NCBI GenBank assembly: GCA_021812305.1
Contig: JAKAOB010000001.1
Coordinates: 1 to 51,234 of the forward strand
DNA from: Thermoplasmata archaeon
GTDB lineage: Archaea > Thermoplasmatota > Thermoplasmata > Lutacidiplasmatales > UBA184
DNA length: 51,234 bases
Direction: 5' to 3'
The position numbers and the translations under genes are program-made. Within the stretch, counting starts at the first letter, position 1; each line of letters starts with the position of its first letter. Shown here piece after piece: positions 17,547 through 26,237 of this stretch. The notes below the pieces were generated by a model. That model did not search any database and had not been told where the DNA came from. It saw nothing but the letters and a program-made list of their open reading frames with translations.

Positions 17547-18452
17547 ATGGCCCGCCGTCGTCCTCCTCCGTCCGCCGCGACCCGGGCGCTCGCCCTCGTC
17601 CTGCTGGTCGCCGTGGGGATCGGAGGGGCCGCCACCCTGCTCCCCACCGCGACCAGGGTGGCGCCCTTGACGGGCCCGACCGGACTGCCGGGGGTGAGCG
17701 CGGCGGCGCTCCTCTGGGGGTGCGCCGGCCTCCTCCTCGTCCTCCTCGGCTACTTCGTCGTCGCGCGCCTGCGCTCGGGCCGGGCCTACACCCCCCTCGG
17801 GATCGTGGTCCCCTTCCTCGTGGCGTTCCTGGTCGCGATCGCCTTCCTCGTCGCCGTGCGCTACATCGTGCCGTCGCCGCCCCCCCCGCTCTCGCCGGCC
17901 GCCGGCAACAACACCACCGCGGGCGGGACGGGGACGACCCCGGTGACGAACACGACGAACAACACGACGCTCGTCCGGGGATCGATCATCCCGGGAGCCC
18001 CCCCGTGGGTCGATTACGTCCTGGTCGGGGGCGCGGTGGCGGTCGCCGTCCTCCTCTTCGCGATCCCCCGGCTGGGGGGGTCCCGGGAGGACGCCGCGCC
18101 GCCCCCCGATGCGGAGCGGGCACGGGCCGTGGCCCGGCTGCGGGAGGCCCTCCACGCCCTCGACGAGGGCCCGAACGCGGACCCCCGCGCCGTCGTGATC
18201 GCGCTGTACGCCCGCCTCCTCGGGGAGATCGCGGCCCGCACGACGGGGCTCGACGCGCGGACGCCCCGCGAGATCGAGCGGTACACCGTCGAGCGGCTCG
18301 GCGTCCCGCGCCCGGCGGCGCGGACGCTGACCGAGGTGTTCGAGGAGGCCCGCTATTCGAGCCATCCGCTCCCACCGGCGTCCGTCGAGCGCGCCCGCTC
18401 GGCGCTCCGGGCCGCGCTCACCGGACTCGGGGCGGACGGAGGGGCGGTGTGA
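17547..18452 (+). CDS. DUF4129 domain membrane protein
   Basis: TM segments followed by PRAVVIALY, TPRE, LTEVFEEARYS. Confidence 0.8.
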   Translation: MARRRPPPSAATRALALVLLVAVGIGGAATLLPTATRVAPLTGPTGLPGVSAAALLWGCAGLLLVLLGYFVVARLRSGRAYTPLGIVVPFLVAFLVAIAFLVAVRYIVPSPPPPLSPAAGNNTTAGGTGTTPVTNTTNNTTLVRGSIIPGAPPWVDYVLVGGAVAVAVLLFAIPRLGGSREDAAPPPDAERARAVARLREALHALDEGPNADPRAVVIALYARLLGEIAARTTGLDARTPREIERYTVERLGVPRPAARTLTEVFEEARYSSHPLPPASVERARSALRAALTGLGADGGAV

Positions 18453-18859
18453 GCACCGATACGCTCGAGGTCGCGCTTCTGGTGACCGCGCTCGCGGGGG
18501 GCGCGGTCGCCGTTGCGGCGATCTCGGACCCCGCCCTCGCGACCGCCGGCGGGGCGGTCGGCCTGCTCGCCGTGCTCGGCCTCGTGGCCCGGGAGGCGAC
18601 CCGCTCGCTGGGATCCTCCCCGGCCGCGGCCGCGCCGGCTCCCCCGGACGATCCGTTCGCCTCGGTACGGGCGGCGGTCGCGGGGTCCACGGTCCAGCGC
18701 GACCGCATCCTCGGGACGCTCGTCCGCATCGACCGGGCGCGCGGGGTCACGGCGCCGACCCTATCCCCCGAGGAGACGGCCCGTCTCGGGAAGATCCCTC
18801 CCGAGGAGTTCCGGACGTGGCTGCGCGGCGAGATCGAGCGCCGGGAGGCGGAGTTCTGA
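18449..18859 (+). CDS. Small membrane protein of the MoxR cluster
   Basis: GTGA overlap with the upstream stop; two TM helices plus a soluble tail. Confidence 0.65.
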   Translation: MSTDTLEVALLVTALAGGAVAVAAISDPALATAGGAVGLLAVLGLVAREATRSLGSSPAAAAPAPPDDPFASVRAAVAGSTVQRDRILGTLVRIDRARGVTAPTLSPEETARLGKIPPEEFRTWLRGEIERREAEF

Positions 18860-20154
18860 TCGGGTCCGAGCCCCGGGAGACGGAGGTCCGTCGCCGTACC
18901 CCGGCGGCGATCACCCTCGCGGCCGGGGGAGTGCTGGCGCTCGCCGCGATCGTCCTGCGGAGCCCGGTCCCCCTGCTCCTCGCCCTGCCCCTGCTCATCG
19001 CCCCGGCGCTCGCCGCGTTCTCCGCCCCCCCCGAGGACGGAATCGCCCGGCTGCGCTGGAGCGACGCCGGCGAGGGCGCGGAGGTGCGGCTCGTCGGCAC
19101 GCTCGCCGTCCCCGACGGGACCGACCCCCGCTCGCTGACCGTCCGATTCTACCGGCCGGCCCCGCTGACGGAGGAGGCACCCCCCGAGCTCCGGGCCGGG
19201 GACGGCGGGCTGGCCTTCACGACGCACTGGCGGGCCCCCTACCCGTGCCTCGCCGTCGTGCCGCTGCCGGAGGTCCGCTGGACGGACCCGCTCGGGCTCG
19301 CCGAGACCCGCCGGCCGGTCGAGGGGCGGGCCCTGCGGGTCGAGCGGTTCCCTCCCGAGGTCCGCCGCCTCTCCGCCGTCCGCCTGCGGCGGACGACCCC
19401 GCTGCCGGGCGAGGTGCGCGCCCGCTCGCTCGGCCCCGCGGGCGAGTTCTTCACGCTCCGCGCCGCGGCCGGCGGCGACCCGGTGCGCCGGATCAATTGG
19501 CAGGCCTCGGCGCGCCAGGGCCGGCTGCTCGTGAACGAGTTCGCCGTCGAGCGGACCGGGGACATCCTGCTGGTCCTCGACGAGCGACCGACGTCGCTCG
19601 GGGCGGAGCGCGACGCCGCCCTGCTCGCCCTTTCGGCCTCCGCGGCGCTCGGGATCGCCACCGGGTTCCTCGCAGAGAAGGCCCGCGTCGGCCTGGCCCT
19701 CTACGACGAGTTCCTGACGGCGATCCCCCTGGGGTCGGGCCGCCTCCAGCGCCACCGCATCGCCCGCGCGCTCACCTCGGCCCGCGTCGGCTCCGCCGCG
19801 GGCCCCTCCGAACGGCTGGCGGTCTCGCTGCGGCGCTACTTCCCTCCCGGCGTCACGACGGTGCTCTTCACCCCCCTGGCGGACGACGACGGCGGCCTCC
19901 TCCTCTCCCACCTGCGCCGTCGCGGCTTTCCCGTGGCCGTGCTGAGCCCCTCCCCGATCCCGCTGTTCGTGGCGGCCGGCGCCGGGCGGGGCGAGGACGA
20001 CGCCCTGGCCACCCGGCTCCTCGCCCTCGCCCGCCGGCAGCGGATCGCCGACACCTGGCGCGAGGCGCCGGTCGTCGACTGGGACGACTACTGGAGCCTC
20101 GCCGGCTTCGTCCGCTTCCTTTCGACCCCCGTGCTCGAGCGGAGGCGGTCGTGA
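18856..20154 (+). CDS. DUF58 (vWA-like) protein
   Basis: EFFTLR..GDPVRRINWQASARQGRLLVNEF, LVLD, RVGL; start proposed at CTG 18856 (the ORF track gives 18817). Confidence 0.85.
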   Translation: MIGSEPRETEVRRRTPAAITLAAGGVLALAAIVLRSPVPLLLALPLLIAPALAAFSAPPEDGIARLRWSDAGEGAEVRLVGTLAVPDGTDPRSLTVRFYRPAPLTEEAPPELRAGDGGLAFTTHWRAPYPCLAVVPLPEVRWTDPLGLAETRRPVEGRALRVERFPPEVRRLSAVRLRRTTPLPGEVRARSLGPAGEFFTLRAAAGGDPVRRINWQASARQGRLLVNEFAVERTGDILLVLDERPTSLGAERDAALLALSASAALGIATGFLAEKARVGLALYDEFLTAIPLGSGRLQRHRIARALTSARVGSAAGPSERLAVSLRRYFPPGVTTVLFTPLADDDGGLLLSHLRRRGFPVAVLSPSPIPLFVAAGAGRGEDDALATRLLALARRQRIADTWREAPVVDWDDYWSLAGFVRFLSTPVLERRRS

Positions 20155-20747
20155 CGGGCCCGACCCGGCCGGCCGGGGGGGGTGGTGCGCCCCCGCCCCT
20201 GCTCCCGACGGTGATCCTCGGCGCGGCGATGGTCGTCCTCGGAACGCTGGATCTCGGGAACGGGCCGGCGGCGCTCCTCGTGGCGCTCTTCGGAGCGGCC
20301 GGCGTCGCGATCCTCGAGCGCGTCGCGGGGGGCCGGGGACGCGCCGCCGCGGCGATGCTGGCGCTCGTGGCGCTGGGCGTCGGCGCGCTCGCGGCCACGC
20401 CCGGACCGGCCCCGGAGCTCCTCGCGGGGATCGCGGGGCTCGCGTTCCTCGCGTGGCTCGCCCCCCCTCCGACCCCGACCTCCGGCGGTCGCCGACGGCT
20501 CGAGGGGCTCGTGCTTCCCGGTCTCGCCGTCGGGATCGCCTTCGCGACCTCGGCGTTCCTCCCTCCGGCGCCCGGGTTCGAGACCGTCGGGATCGCCCTC
20601 CTGGTCGGAGCGCTCGCCGCGATCGCCTTCGTCCTGGCCCGCCCGGCCCTTCTCACCCCCCCGCGGAAGGCTCTTGAGGCCGCGCGGGGTGATTCCTCCG
20701 GCGCGGCCGACACGGCCCGCCCGAGTACCGTCGAAGGGTCCCTCTAG
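20151..20747 (+). CDS. Multi-pass membrane protein of the MoxR cluster
   Basis: GTGA overlap after GGAGG; about 6 hydrophobic segments. Confidence 0.65.
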   Translation: MTGPTRPAGGGGAPPPLLPTVILGAAMVVLGTLDLGNGPAALLVALFGAAGVAILERVAGGRGRAAAAMLALVALGVGALAATPGPAPELLAGIAGLAFLAWLAPPPTPTSGGRRRLEGLVLPGLAVGIAFATSAFLPPAPGFETVGIALLVGALAAIAFVLARPALLTPPRKALEAARGDSSGAADTARPSTVEGSL

Positions 20748-20751
20748 ACCG

Positions 20752-20882
20752 CACGCGGACGGGTCGTCCGCTGGGATGACGTGAGGACAACCCCGGTATC
20801 CGAAAGCCCCGGCCGGGTCAGGACCCCGAGAGGGCCGTTGCGGCCTGCGGTGACGCGGCTCCGTTACGGCCGGGGAACATGC
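20752..20882 (+). ncRNA. Two-hairpin box H/ACA pseudouridylation guide RNA (predicted 23S targets: E. coli-equivalent U2586 and U1915)
   Basis: Hairpin 1 ends in AAA (20803-20805) and hairpin 2 in ACA (20877-20879), each exactly 14 nt from the pocket apex; pockets GGTC/AACCC and GGGTCA/GTTAC; K-loop-like GGGATGA/GTGA in hairpin 1. Confidence 0.78.
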
Positions 20883-20938
20883 GTCCCCGTCGAGGATATG
20901 TAGTGCCCCCGGTGCTTCGGAGGCCGGAGCGCGGACCG

Positions 20939-21889
20939 GTGCGCGGGGGCGAAGCGCGGGAGCTCATCGCCCGCGTGCGGGAGGCGGTGCACGTCGCGGT
21001 CGTCGGACGCGACGCGGTCCTCGACCAGGTCCTGACGGGACTCCTCGCGGACGGCCACCTCCTTCTGGAGGACCTTCCCGGTCTCGGCAAGACGCTCATC
21101 GCGAAGTCGTTCGCCCGCGCCCTCGGCCTCCAGTTCGCCCGGGTCCAGTTCACCGCCGACCTCCTCCCCCACGACATCACCGGGGGCGAGGTCTACGACG
21201 CCGCGAAGGGCCTCTTCACGTTCCGTCCCGGCCCGCTGTTCACGAACCTCCTGCTCGCGGACGAGATCAACCGGGCGCCGCCCAAGGTCCAGTCGGCGCT
21301 CCTCGAGGCGATGCAGGAGCACCAGGTGACGAGCGAACGGTCGACCTATCCCCTCGACCGCCCGTTCCTCGTCCTCGCGACGCAGAACCCGCTCGAGCTC
21401 GAGGGGACGTACCCCCTTCCCGAGGCGCAGGTGGACCGGTTCCTGATGCGGCTGAGCGTCGGGTATCCGACGGGCGACGAGGAGCGGGAGATCCTGGCGC
21501 GGCGCCGCGCGCGCCGGGAGGACGACGCCGAGGTCCCCAACGTGCTGAAGCCCGGCGAGTTCCGCGCGATGCAGCGGGCGACGGAGGACGTCGAGGTCGA
21601 TCCGGCGATCGAGCGGTACGTCGTCGCGGTCGTCTCGGCCACGCGGGGGGATGCGCACGCCGAGGTCGGCGCGTCCCCGCGGGGCTCGCTCGCCCTGCTG
21701 AAGCTCGCGCGGGCCCGGGCGCTGATCGAGGGCCGGGACTTCGCCGTGCCGGACGACGTGAAGTCCCTCGCGGTGCCGGCGCTCGCCCACCGCATCGTCA
21801 TCCGCCCGGAGCCGTGGATCCGCGGAGTGCGCGGGCGCCAGGTCGTCGAGGCGGCCCTCGACCGGGTCCCCGTGCCGAAGGTCCCGTAG
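20939..21889 (+). CDS. MoxR-family AAA+ ATPase
   Basis: GHLLLEDLPGLGKT, RVQFT.DLLP.DITG, LLADEINRAPPKVQSALLEAM, ATQNP.E.EGTYPLPEAQ.DRF; start probably GTG 20939, because ATG 20879 overlaps the ACA box. Confidence 0.95.
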   Translation: MRGGEARELIARVREAVHVAVVGRDAVLDQVLTGLLADGHLLLEDLPGLGKTLIAKSFARALGLQFARVQFTADLLPHDITGGEVYDAAKGLFTFRPGPLFTNLLLADEINRAPPKVQSALLEAMQEHQVTSERSTYPLDRPFLVLATQNPLELEGTYPLPEAQVDRFLMRLSVGYPTGDEEREILARRRARREDDAEVPNVLKPGEFRAMQRATEDVEVDPAIERYVVAVVSATRGDAHAEVGASPRGSLALLKLARARALIEGRDFAVPDDVKSLAVPALAHRIVIRPEPWIRGVRGRQVVEAALDRVPVPKVP

Positions 21890-21940
21890 GGCCGAGCCGG
21901 GGCGGGCAACCGTTTTCTCCCCGGTCCCGGTCCTCCGGCC

Positions 21941-22894
21941 ATGACCCCCGAGCCGCCCCTGGTCATCGTGGCCGATCCGATCGACGCCGCTGCCGTGGAG
22001 CGGCTGCGGAAGGGACCGTGCCGGGTCGCCGACGCGACGGCGGGCGCGGCCGCGCTCGCCCCGCTCCTGCCCGACGCCTGGGGGCTGGTCGTCCGCAGCC
22101 GCACGAAGGTGACCCGGGAGCTCCTCGAGCGGGCGCCGAAGCTCTCGCTCGTCGCCCGCGCCGGGGTGGGCGTCGACAACGTGGACATGGCCGCGGCCAC
22201 GGCCCGCCGGGTCCGAGTCGTGAACGCCCCCAGGGCCGCGACGGCGAGCGTCGCCGAGCTGAGCGTCGCCTTCTACGTGATGCTCGCCCGGGACCTGGCC
22301 GCGCGGGTCCGCGCGACGAAGGACGGCGACTGGAAGCGCGGAGAGAACGGGACCGAGATCGCGGGCAAGACCGTCGGGTTCGTCGGCTACGGACGGATCG
22401 CCCGGGAGATCGCGCGGCGCCTGCAGGCGTTCGGCGTCGTGGCGATCGCGCACGACCCGTTCGTGACCGAGACCCACGACGGGACGACCCTCCTCCCGCT
22501 CGACGATCTGCTCGGCCGGTCGGACTTCGTGAGCCTGCACGCCGCGCTGACACCGGAGAACCACCATCTTCTGAACGCCGAGCGGATCGCCCGGATGAAG
22601 CGGGGGGCGTTCGTCGTCAACGTCGCGCGCGGCCCGCTCGTGGACGAGGTCGCGCTGCTCGACGGGCTGCGCTCCGGGGCCGTCGGCGGGGCCGCGCTCG
22701 ATGTCTTCGAGGTCGAGCCCCCGAAGCGCGCGGAGCTGCTGGCCCACCCCCGCCTCATCGCGACGCCGCACCTCGGGGCCTCGACGCACGAGGCCCAGCA
22801 GCGCGCGGGCGACCAGACGGTCGACGAGGTGCTCCGGGCGCTCCGGGGCGAACCCTTACAATCCCTCGTGAATCCCGAGGTGAGGTCCGCATGA
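21941..22894 (+). CDS. serA: D-3-phosphoglycerate dehydrogenase-like D-2-hydroxyacid dehydrogenase (no ACT domain)
   Basis: VRSRTKV, RAGVGVDNVD, GYGRIA, NVARG, DVFEVEP, TPHLGASTHEAQ. Confidence 0.8.
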   Translation: MTPEPPLVIVADPIDAAAVERLRKGPCRVADATAGAAALAPLLPDAWGLVVRSRTKVTRELLERAPKLSLVARAGVGVDNVDMAAATARRVRVVNAPRAATASVAELSVAFYVMLARDLAARVRATKDGDWKRGENGTEIAGKTVGFVGYGRIAREIARRLQAFGVVAIAHDPFVTETHDGTTLLPLDDLLGRSDFVSLHAALTPENHHLLNAERIARMKRGAFVVNVARGPLVDEVALLDGLRSGAVGGAALDVFEVEPPKRAELLAHPRLIATPHLGASTHEAQQRAGDQTVDEVLRALRGEPLQSLVNPEVRSA

Positions 22895-24036
22895 CGCCCG
22901 ACCCCGAGACCACGACGTTCCTGATCGCCGGACCGGTCCGCATCCATCCCCGGGTCCTCCGGGCGATGAGCTTCTCCTCGGTCAACCACCGGGGCGACTA
23001 CTTCCACGGCGTCGTCGGCGAGATCCGCGAGCTCCTCCCCGTGCTGTTCGGCGCCCGGGGCCACCACGCGATCCTGACCGGGAGCGGCAGCGCCGGCCTC
23101 GAAGCGATGTACTCCTCGCTCGTCCCGAAGGACGGGCGCACCCTCGTCCTGTCGAACGGGAACTTCGGCGAGCGGACCGACCAGATCGTTCGCCGCTACG
23201 CGTCCACGGTCACGACCCTCACCGCCCCGTGGGGGCAGCACATCCCGATCGAGGCGGCCCGGGCGGAGCTCGACCGGGGCGACGTCCGCGCGGTCTGCGT
23301 CGTCCACAACGAGACGAGCGTCGGGCTGCAGAACGACCTCGCGCTCCTCGCGCCGCACGTCCGCCGCTCCGGCGCGCTCTTCCTCGTCGACGGGATCTCC
23401 GCCGTCGCCGGCATTCCGCTCGAGATCGAGGCGTGGGGGATCGACGCCGTCGTGGCCGGCAGCCAGAAGGGACTCGCCGCCCCCGCCGGGCTCGCCATGG
23501 TCCACCTCTCCGACCGTGCGGTCGCCGCGCTCCACCCCGGCACCTTCTACCTCGACCTGGCCGAGCATCTTTCGTCGATCGAGAAGAACGACACCCCCTG
23601 GACCCCCGCCGTCCCGTTGTTCCTCGCGCTGCGCGAAGCGCTCCTCCTCCTGAAGGAGGAGACCCTCGCCGGCCGCCTCGCCCGCACGCACGCCCTGGCC
23701 GACGCGACCCGCGCCGCGGCCGCGGCGATCGGTCTCGAGCTCTACCCGGACCCGGCGCACGCGTCGGACACCGTAACGGCGATCCGCAACCCGGCCGGCC
23801 TCGGCGACGCCCAGGTCCGCAAGGCGCTCCTCGACACGTTCCACGTCGCCGTCCAGGGCGGCCAGGGCGCGCTCAAGGGCAAGATCTTCCGCATCGGCCA
23901 CATGGGGATCGCCGACTGGCCGGACCTGCTCGTGGCGTTCGCGGGTCTGGAGCGGATACTGGCCAAGGCCGGGCGGCTGCGCACCCCCGGCGCGGCCCTG
24001 TCGGCGATCGCGGAGCGGATGCCGCTCCCGCCGTAG
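22891..24036 (+). CDS. Class V PLP aminotransferase (serine-pyruvate / phosphoserine type)
   Basis: HNETSVG, VDGIS, GSQKGL..P.GL, TPWTP, FRIGHMG; ATGA overlap with serA. Confidence 0.9.
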   Translation: MTPDPETTTFLIAGPVRIHPRVLRAMSFSSVNHRGDYFHGVVGEIRELLPVLFGARGHHAILTGSGSAGLEAMYSSLVPKDGRTLVLSNGNFGERTDQIVRRYASTVTTLTAPWGQHIPIEAARAELDRGDVRAVCVVHNETSVGLQNDLALLAPHVRRSGALFLVDGISAVAGIPLEIEAWGIDAVVAGSQKGLAAPAGLAMVHLSDRAVAALHPGTFYLDLAEHLSSIEKNDTPWTPAVPLFLALREALLLLKEETLAGRLARTHALADATRAAAAAIGLELYPDPAHASDTVTAIRNPAGLGDAQVRKALLDTFHVAVQGGQGALKGKIFRIGHMGIADWPDLLVAFAGLERILAKAGRLRTPGAALSAIAERMPLPP

Positions 24037-24047
24037 CGACCGGCGCC

Positions 24048-24479
24048 TCAGATATCGACGATGACGCGGGCCCGCCCCCGTGCCGGGTCGACGGCGAGCC
24101 GGTGGAACGTCGCCGCCTTGATCTCCTCGTGCCGGGGGTGGCGCGCGGCGTCGAACGGCTCCCCCCGCGCCGTCGCGACGAGCGCGGTGGGGGGGTCCCC
24201 TTCGAGCGCGACGACGAGGTCGCGGACGAGGAACCCCTCCCCCTGCTGGAGGAGGATGAGCTCGTTCAGGAACCGGACCGCGAGCGCGCCGGGGTCCTGG
24301 GCGCGGACCGAGACGGTGCGCTCCTCCCGGGGGCGCACGCGGCGAAGGTCGGTCATCCGCGCGAACAGGCCGAGCCCGAGCGCCTCGTAGAGGGCCGCCG
24401 CCCCGTCGGCCCGGACCCAGACCCCCACGTCGGCGGTCGTCGGGAAGCTCCCCCAGCGGCGCCGCCGGCGCCCGCCCAT
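24048..24479 (-). CDS. Archease
   Basis: TADVG, LNELI, IKAATFH, C-terminal IVDI. Confidence 0.88.
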   Translation of the reverse strand: MGGRRRRRWGSFPTTADVGVWVRADGAAALYEALGLGLFARMTDLRRVRPREERTVSVRAQDPGALAVRFLNELILLQQGEGFLVRDLVVALEGDPPTALVATARGEPFDAARHPRHEEIKAATFHRLAVDPARGRARVIVDI

Positions 24480-24545
24480 CCTTGGGACCCCCCGCCGCGA
24501 CCGGCGGGGAGAGGCTTAAAGCGATACCCTGACCTCGTACGGCCG

Positions 24546-25334
24546 ATGCGGGGCTCGCTCCTCGTCCCGACCCTGAACGAGGCCGCGACGATCGGCCACG
24601 TCCTCCGGGAGTTCCGCGCGGCCGCGACGGCCGCGAACGCGACCCTGTTCCGCGACGACCCCATCGAGTGGGAGATGCTGGTCATCGACGGGGCCTCGAC
24701 CGACGGGACCGCCGAGCGGGCGGCGGCGGAGGGGGCCCGGGTGATCGTCGAGCGCCGTCCGGGCTACGGCCGCGCCTACCGCACCGGCTTCGCCGAGGCG
24801 ACGGGGGAGGTCCTCGCCACCCTGGACGGCGACGGGACCTACCCCGCTCCCGAGATCCCCCGCCTGGTCCGCACGCTCTTCGACGAGCACCTGGACTTCC
24901 TCACCTGCAACCGGCTCGCCTTCCTCGACCGGCGGGCGATGACGACGGAGCACCGGATCGGCAACTGGGTGCTCAACACGTTCCTCCGCATCGCCTTCGC
25001 CCGCTACCTCGCGAGCGCCGGGCTCCGTCTCGCCGACAGCCAGAGCGGGATGTGGGTGTTCCGTCGGGCGGTCCTCGACCGGGTGACCCTGACCCAGGAC
25101 GGGATGCCGATGAGCGAGGAGCTCAAGATCGAAGTGATCCTCCACGGCCTGAAGGCCGAGGAGGTCCCGATCCGCTACGCGGAGCGCTGGGGGGGACCCC
25201 CGAAGCTCTCGAGCTGGCGCGACGGCCGGCGGAACCTCATGTTCCTCCTCACGCGGCGGCTCGAGCTCGCGCGCCAGGCCCGCGGCGGGGGCGGCTACCC
25301 GATCGGCGGCCCGCAGGAGCCGGCGGGGCGGTGA
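24546..25334 (+). CDS. GT2 glycosyltransferase (dolichol-phosphate hexosyltransferase-like)
   Basis: PTLNEA, IDGASTDGT, GYGRA, LDGDGTYP, DSQSGM, KLSSWRDG. Confidence 0.9.
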   Translation: MRGSLLVPTLNEAATIGHVLREFRAAATAANATLFRDDPIEWEMLVIDGASTDGTAERAAAEGARVIVERRPGYGRAYRTGFAEATGEVLATLDGDGTYPAPEIPRLVRTLFDEHLDFLTCNRLAFLDRRAMTTEHRIGNWVLNTFLRIAFARYLASAGLRLADSQSGMWVFRRAVLDRVTLTQDGMPMSEELKIEVILHGLKAEEVPIRYAERWGGPPKLSSWRDGRRNLMFLLTRRLELARQARGGGGYPIGGPQEPAGR

Positions 25335-25341
25335 TCCGCCC

Positions 25342-25494
25342 TTACTGGGTCTTGCCCGCGCGCTCGCGGGACTTCACGCGGAGCCCCTTGTAGCCGCACT
25401 TGCGGCACTGCACGGCCTTCGGCGGGTTCCGCGCCGAGCAGTTCATGCAGATCTTCTTGACCAGGAGCCGGTTCACGGCCTCGGGGAACGGCAT
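25342..25494 (-). CDS. rpl40e: 50S ribosomal protein L40e
   Basis: My translation (below the ORF-track length cutoff): [57 protein letters not shown] at 25520-25526. Confidence 0.96.
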   Translation of the reverse strand: MPFPEAVNRLLVKKICMNCSARNPPKAVQCRKCGYKGLRVKSRERAGKTQ

Positions 25495-25616
25495 GGGCGC
25501 GCGGGCACCCACGGTGGGGTATAAAACTGGTCCGCCGGGGCCCGCCGCCCCCTGCCGCGCGTCCGCACGGCGGGCCGGCCCGGTAGCCTAAGCGCTCCCG
25601 CGGCCGTGCCGGGGGG

Positions 25617-26237
25617 ATGACCGATCTCGACGGAGGGACGGCCGCCGTCCGGCTCGCCCGGGACGCGATCGCCCACGTCCTCGGCCCGGCGCCGGGGCGG
25701 GATCCGGCCGCCGCGTTCCGCGATCGCCCGCTCCCGGCGGTCCTCGAGGAGCCGCGCGGGGTCTTCGTCACCCTCACGGCGCCTCCCGACGGCCGCCTGC
25801 GCGGGTGCATCGGCTACCCGGTGCCGGTCTACCCGCTCCGGGTCGCCATCCCCCGGGTCGCGGCCGCGAGCGCCCTCGAGGACCCCCGGTTCCCGCCCGT
25901 GCGGCCCCGGGAGCTCCCCGCCCTCACGGTCGAGGTCTCGATACTCTCCGTTCCCGAACCGGTCGTCGCCGAGGCGCCGGAGCGCCTGGTCGAGCTCGTG
26001 AAGGTCGGCCGCGACGGGCTGATCGTCGACGCCGACGGGCAGAGCGGGCTGCTCCTCCCGCAGGTCGCGGCCGAGGAGGGCTGGGACGCGCGGACGTTCC
26101 TCGCCGAGACGTGCCGCAAGGCCGGGCTGCGCGCGGAGGCCTGGCGCAGCCCCGGCACCCGCGTCCGGCGGTTCTCGGCCGAGGTCTTTTCCGAGGCGAC
26201 GCCCAGCGGGGCGGTGCGCGCGCGGTCGCCCGGCTAG
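25617..26237 (+). CDS. AMMECR1 domain protein
   Basis: GVFVTL, LRGCIG, DPRFPPV, EVSILS, SGLLLPQVA, C.KAGL. Confidence 0.92.
   Translation: MTDLDGGTAAVRLARDAIAHVLGPAPGRDPAAAFRDRPLPAVLEEPRGVFVTLTAPPDGRLRGCIGYPVPVYPLRVAIPRVAAASALEDPRFPPVRPRELPALTVEVSILSVPEPVVAEAPERLVELVKVGRDGLIVDADGQSGLLLPQVAAEEGWDARTFLAETCRKAGLRAEAWRSPGTRVRRFSAEVFSEATPSGAVRARSPG

Noticed and set aside
20678..20712. Hairpin GGCCGCGC/GCGCGGCC followed by ACA, as a possible third H/ACA unit
   Set aside because: Too short for a pocket plus upper stem, and it lies inside a CDS
20690..20890. Structured region considered as RNase P RNA, SRP RNA, hammerhead ribozyme or riboswitch
   Set aside because: Lacks GAGGAAAGUCC/P4, the SRP helix 8 motif, CUGANGA and known aptamer cores; H/ACA geometry fits much better
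20879..20938. ATG 20879 as the MoxR start
   Set aside because: Overlaps the ACA box and lies upstream of the TATA-like GATATGTA (about 20895-20902)
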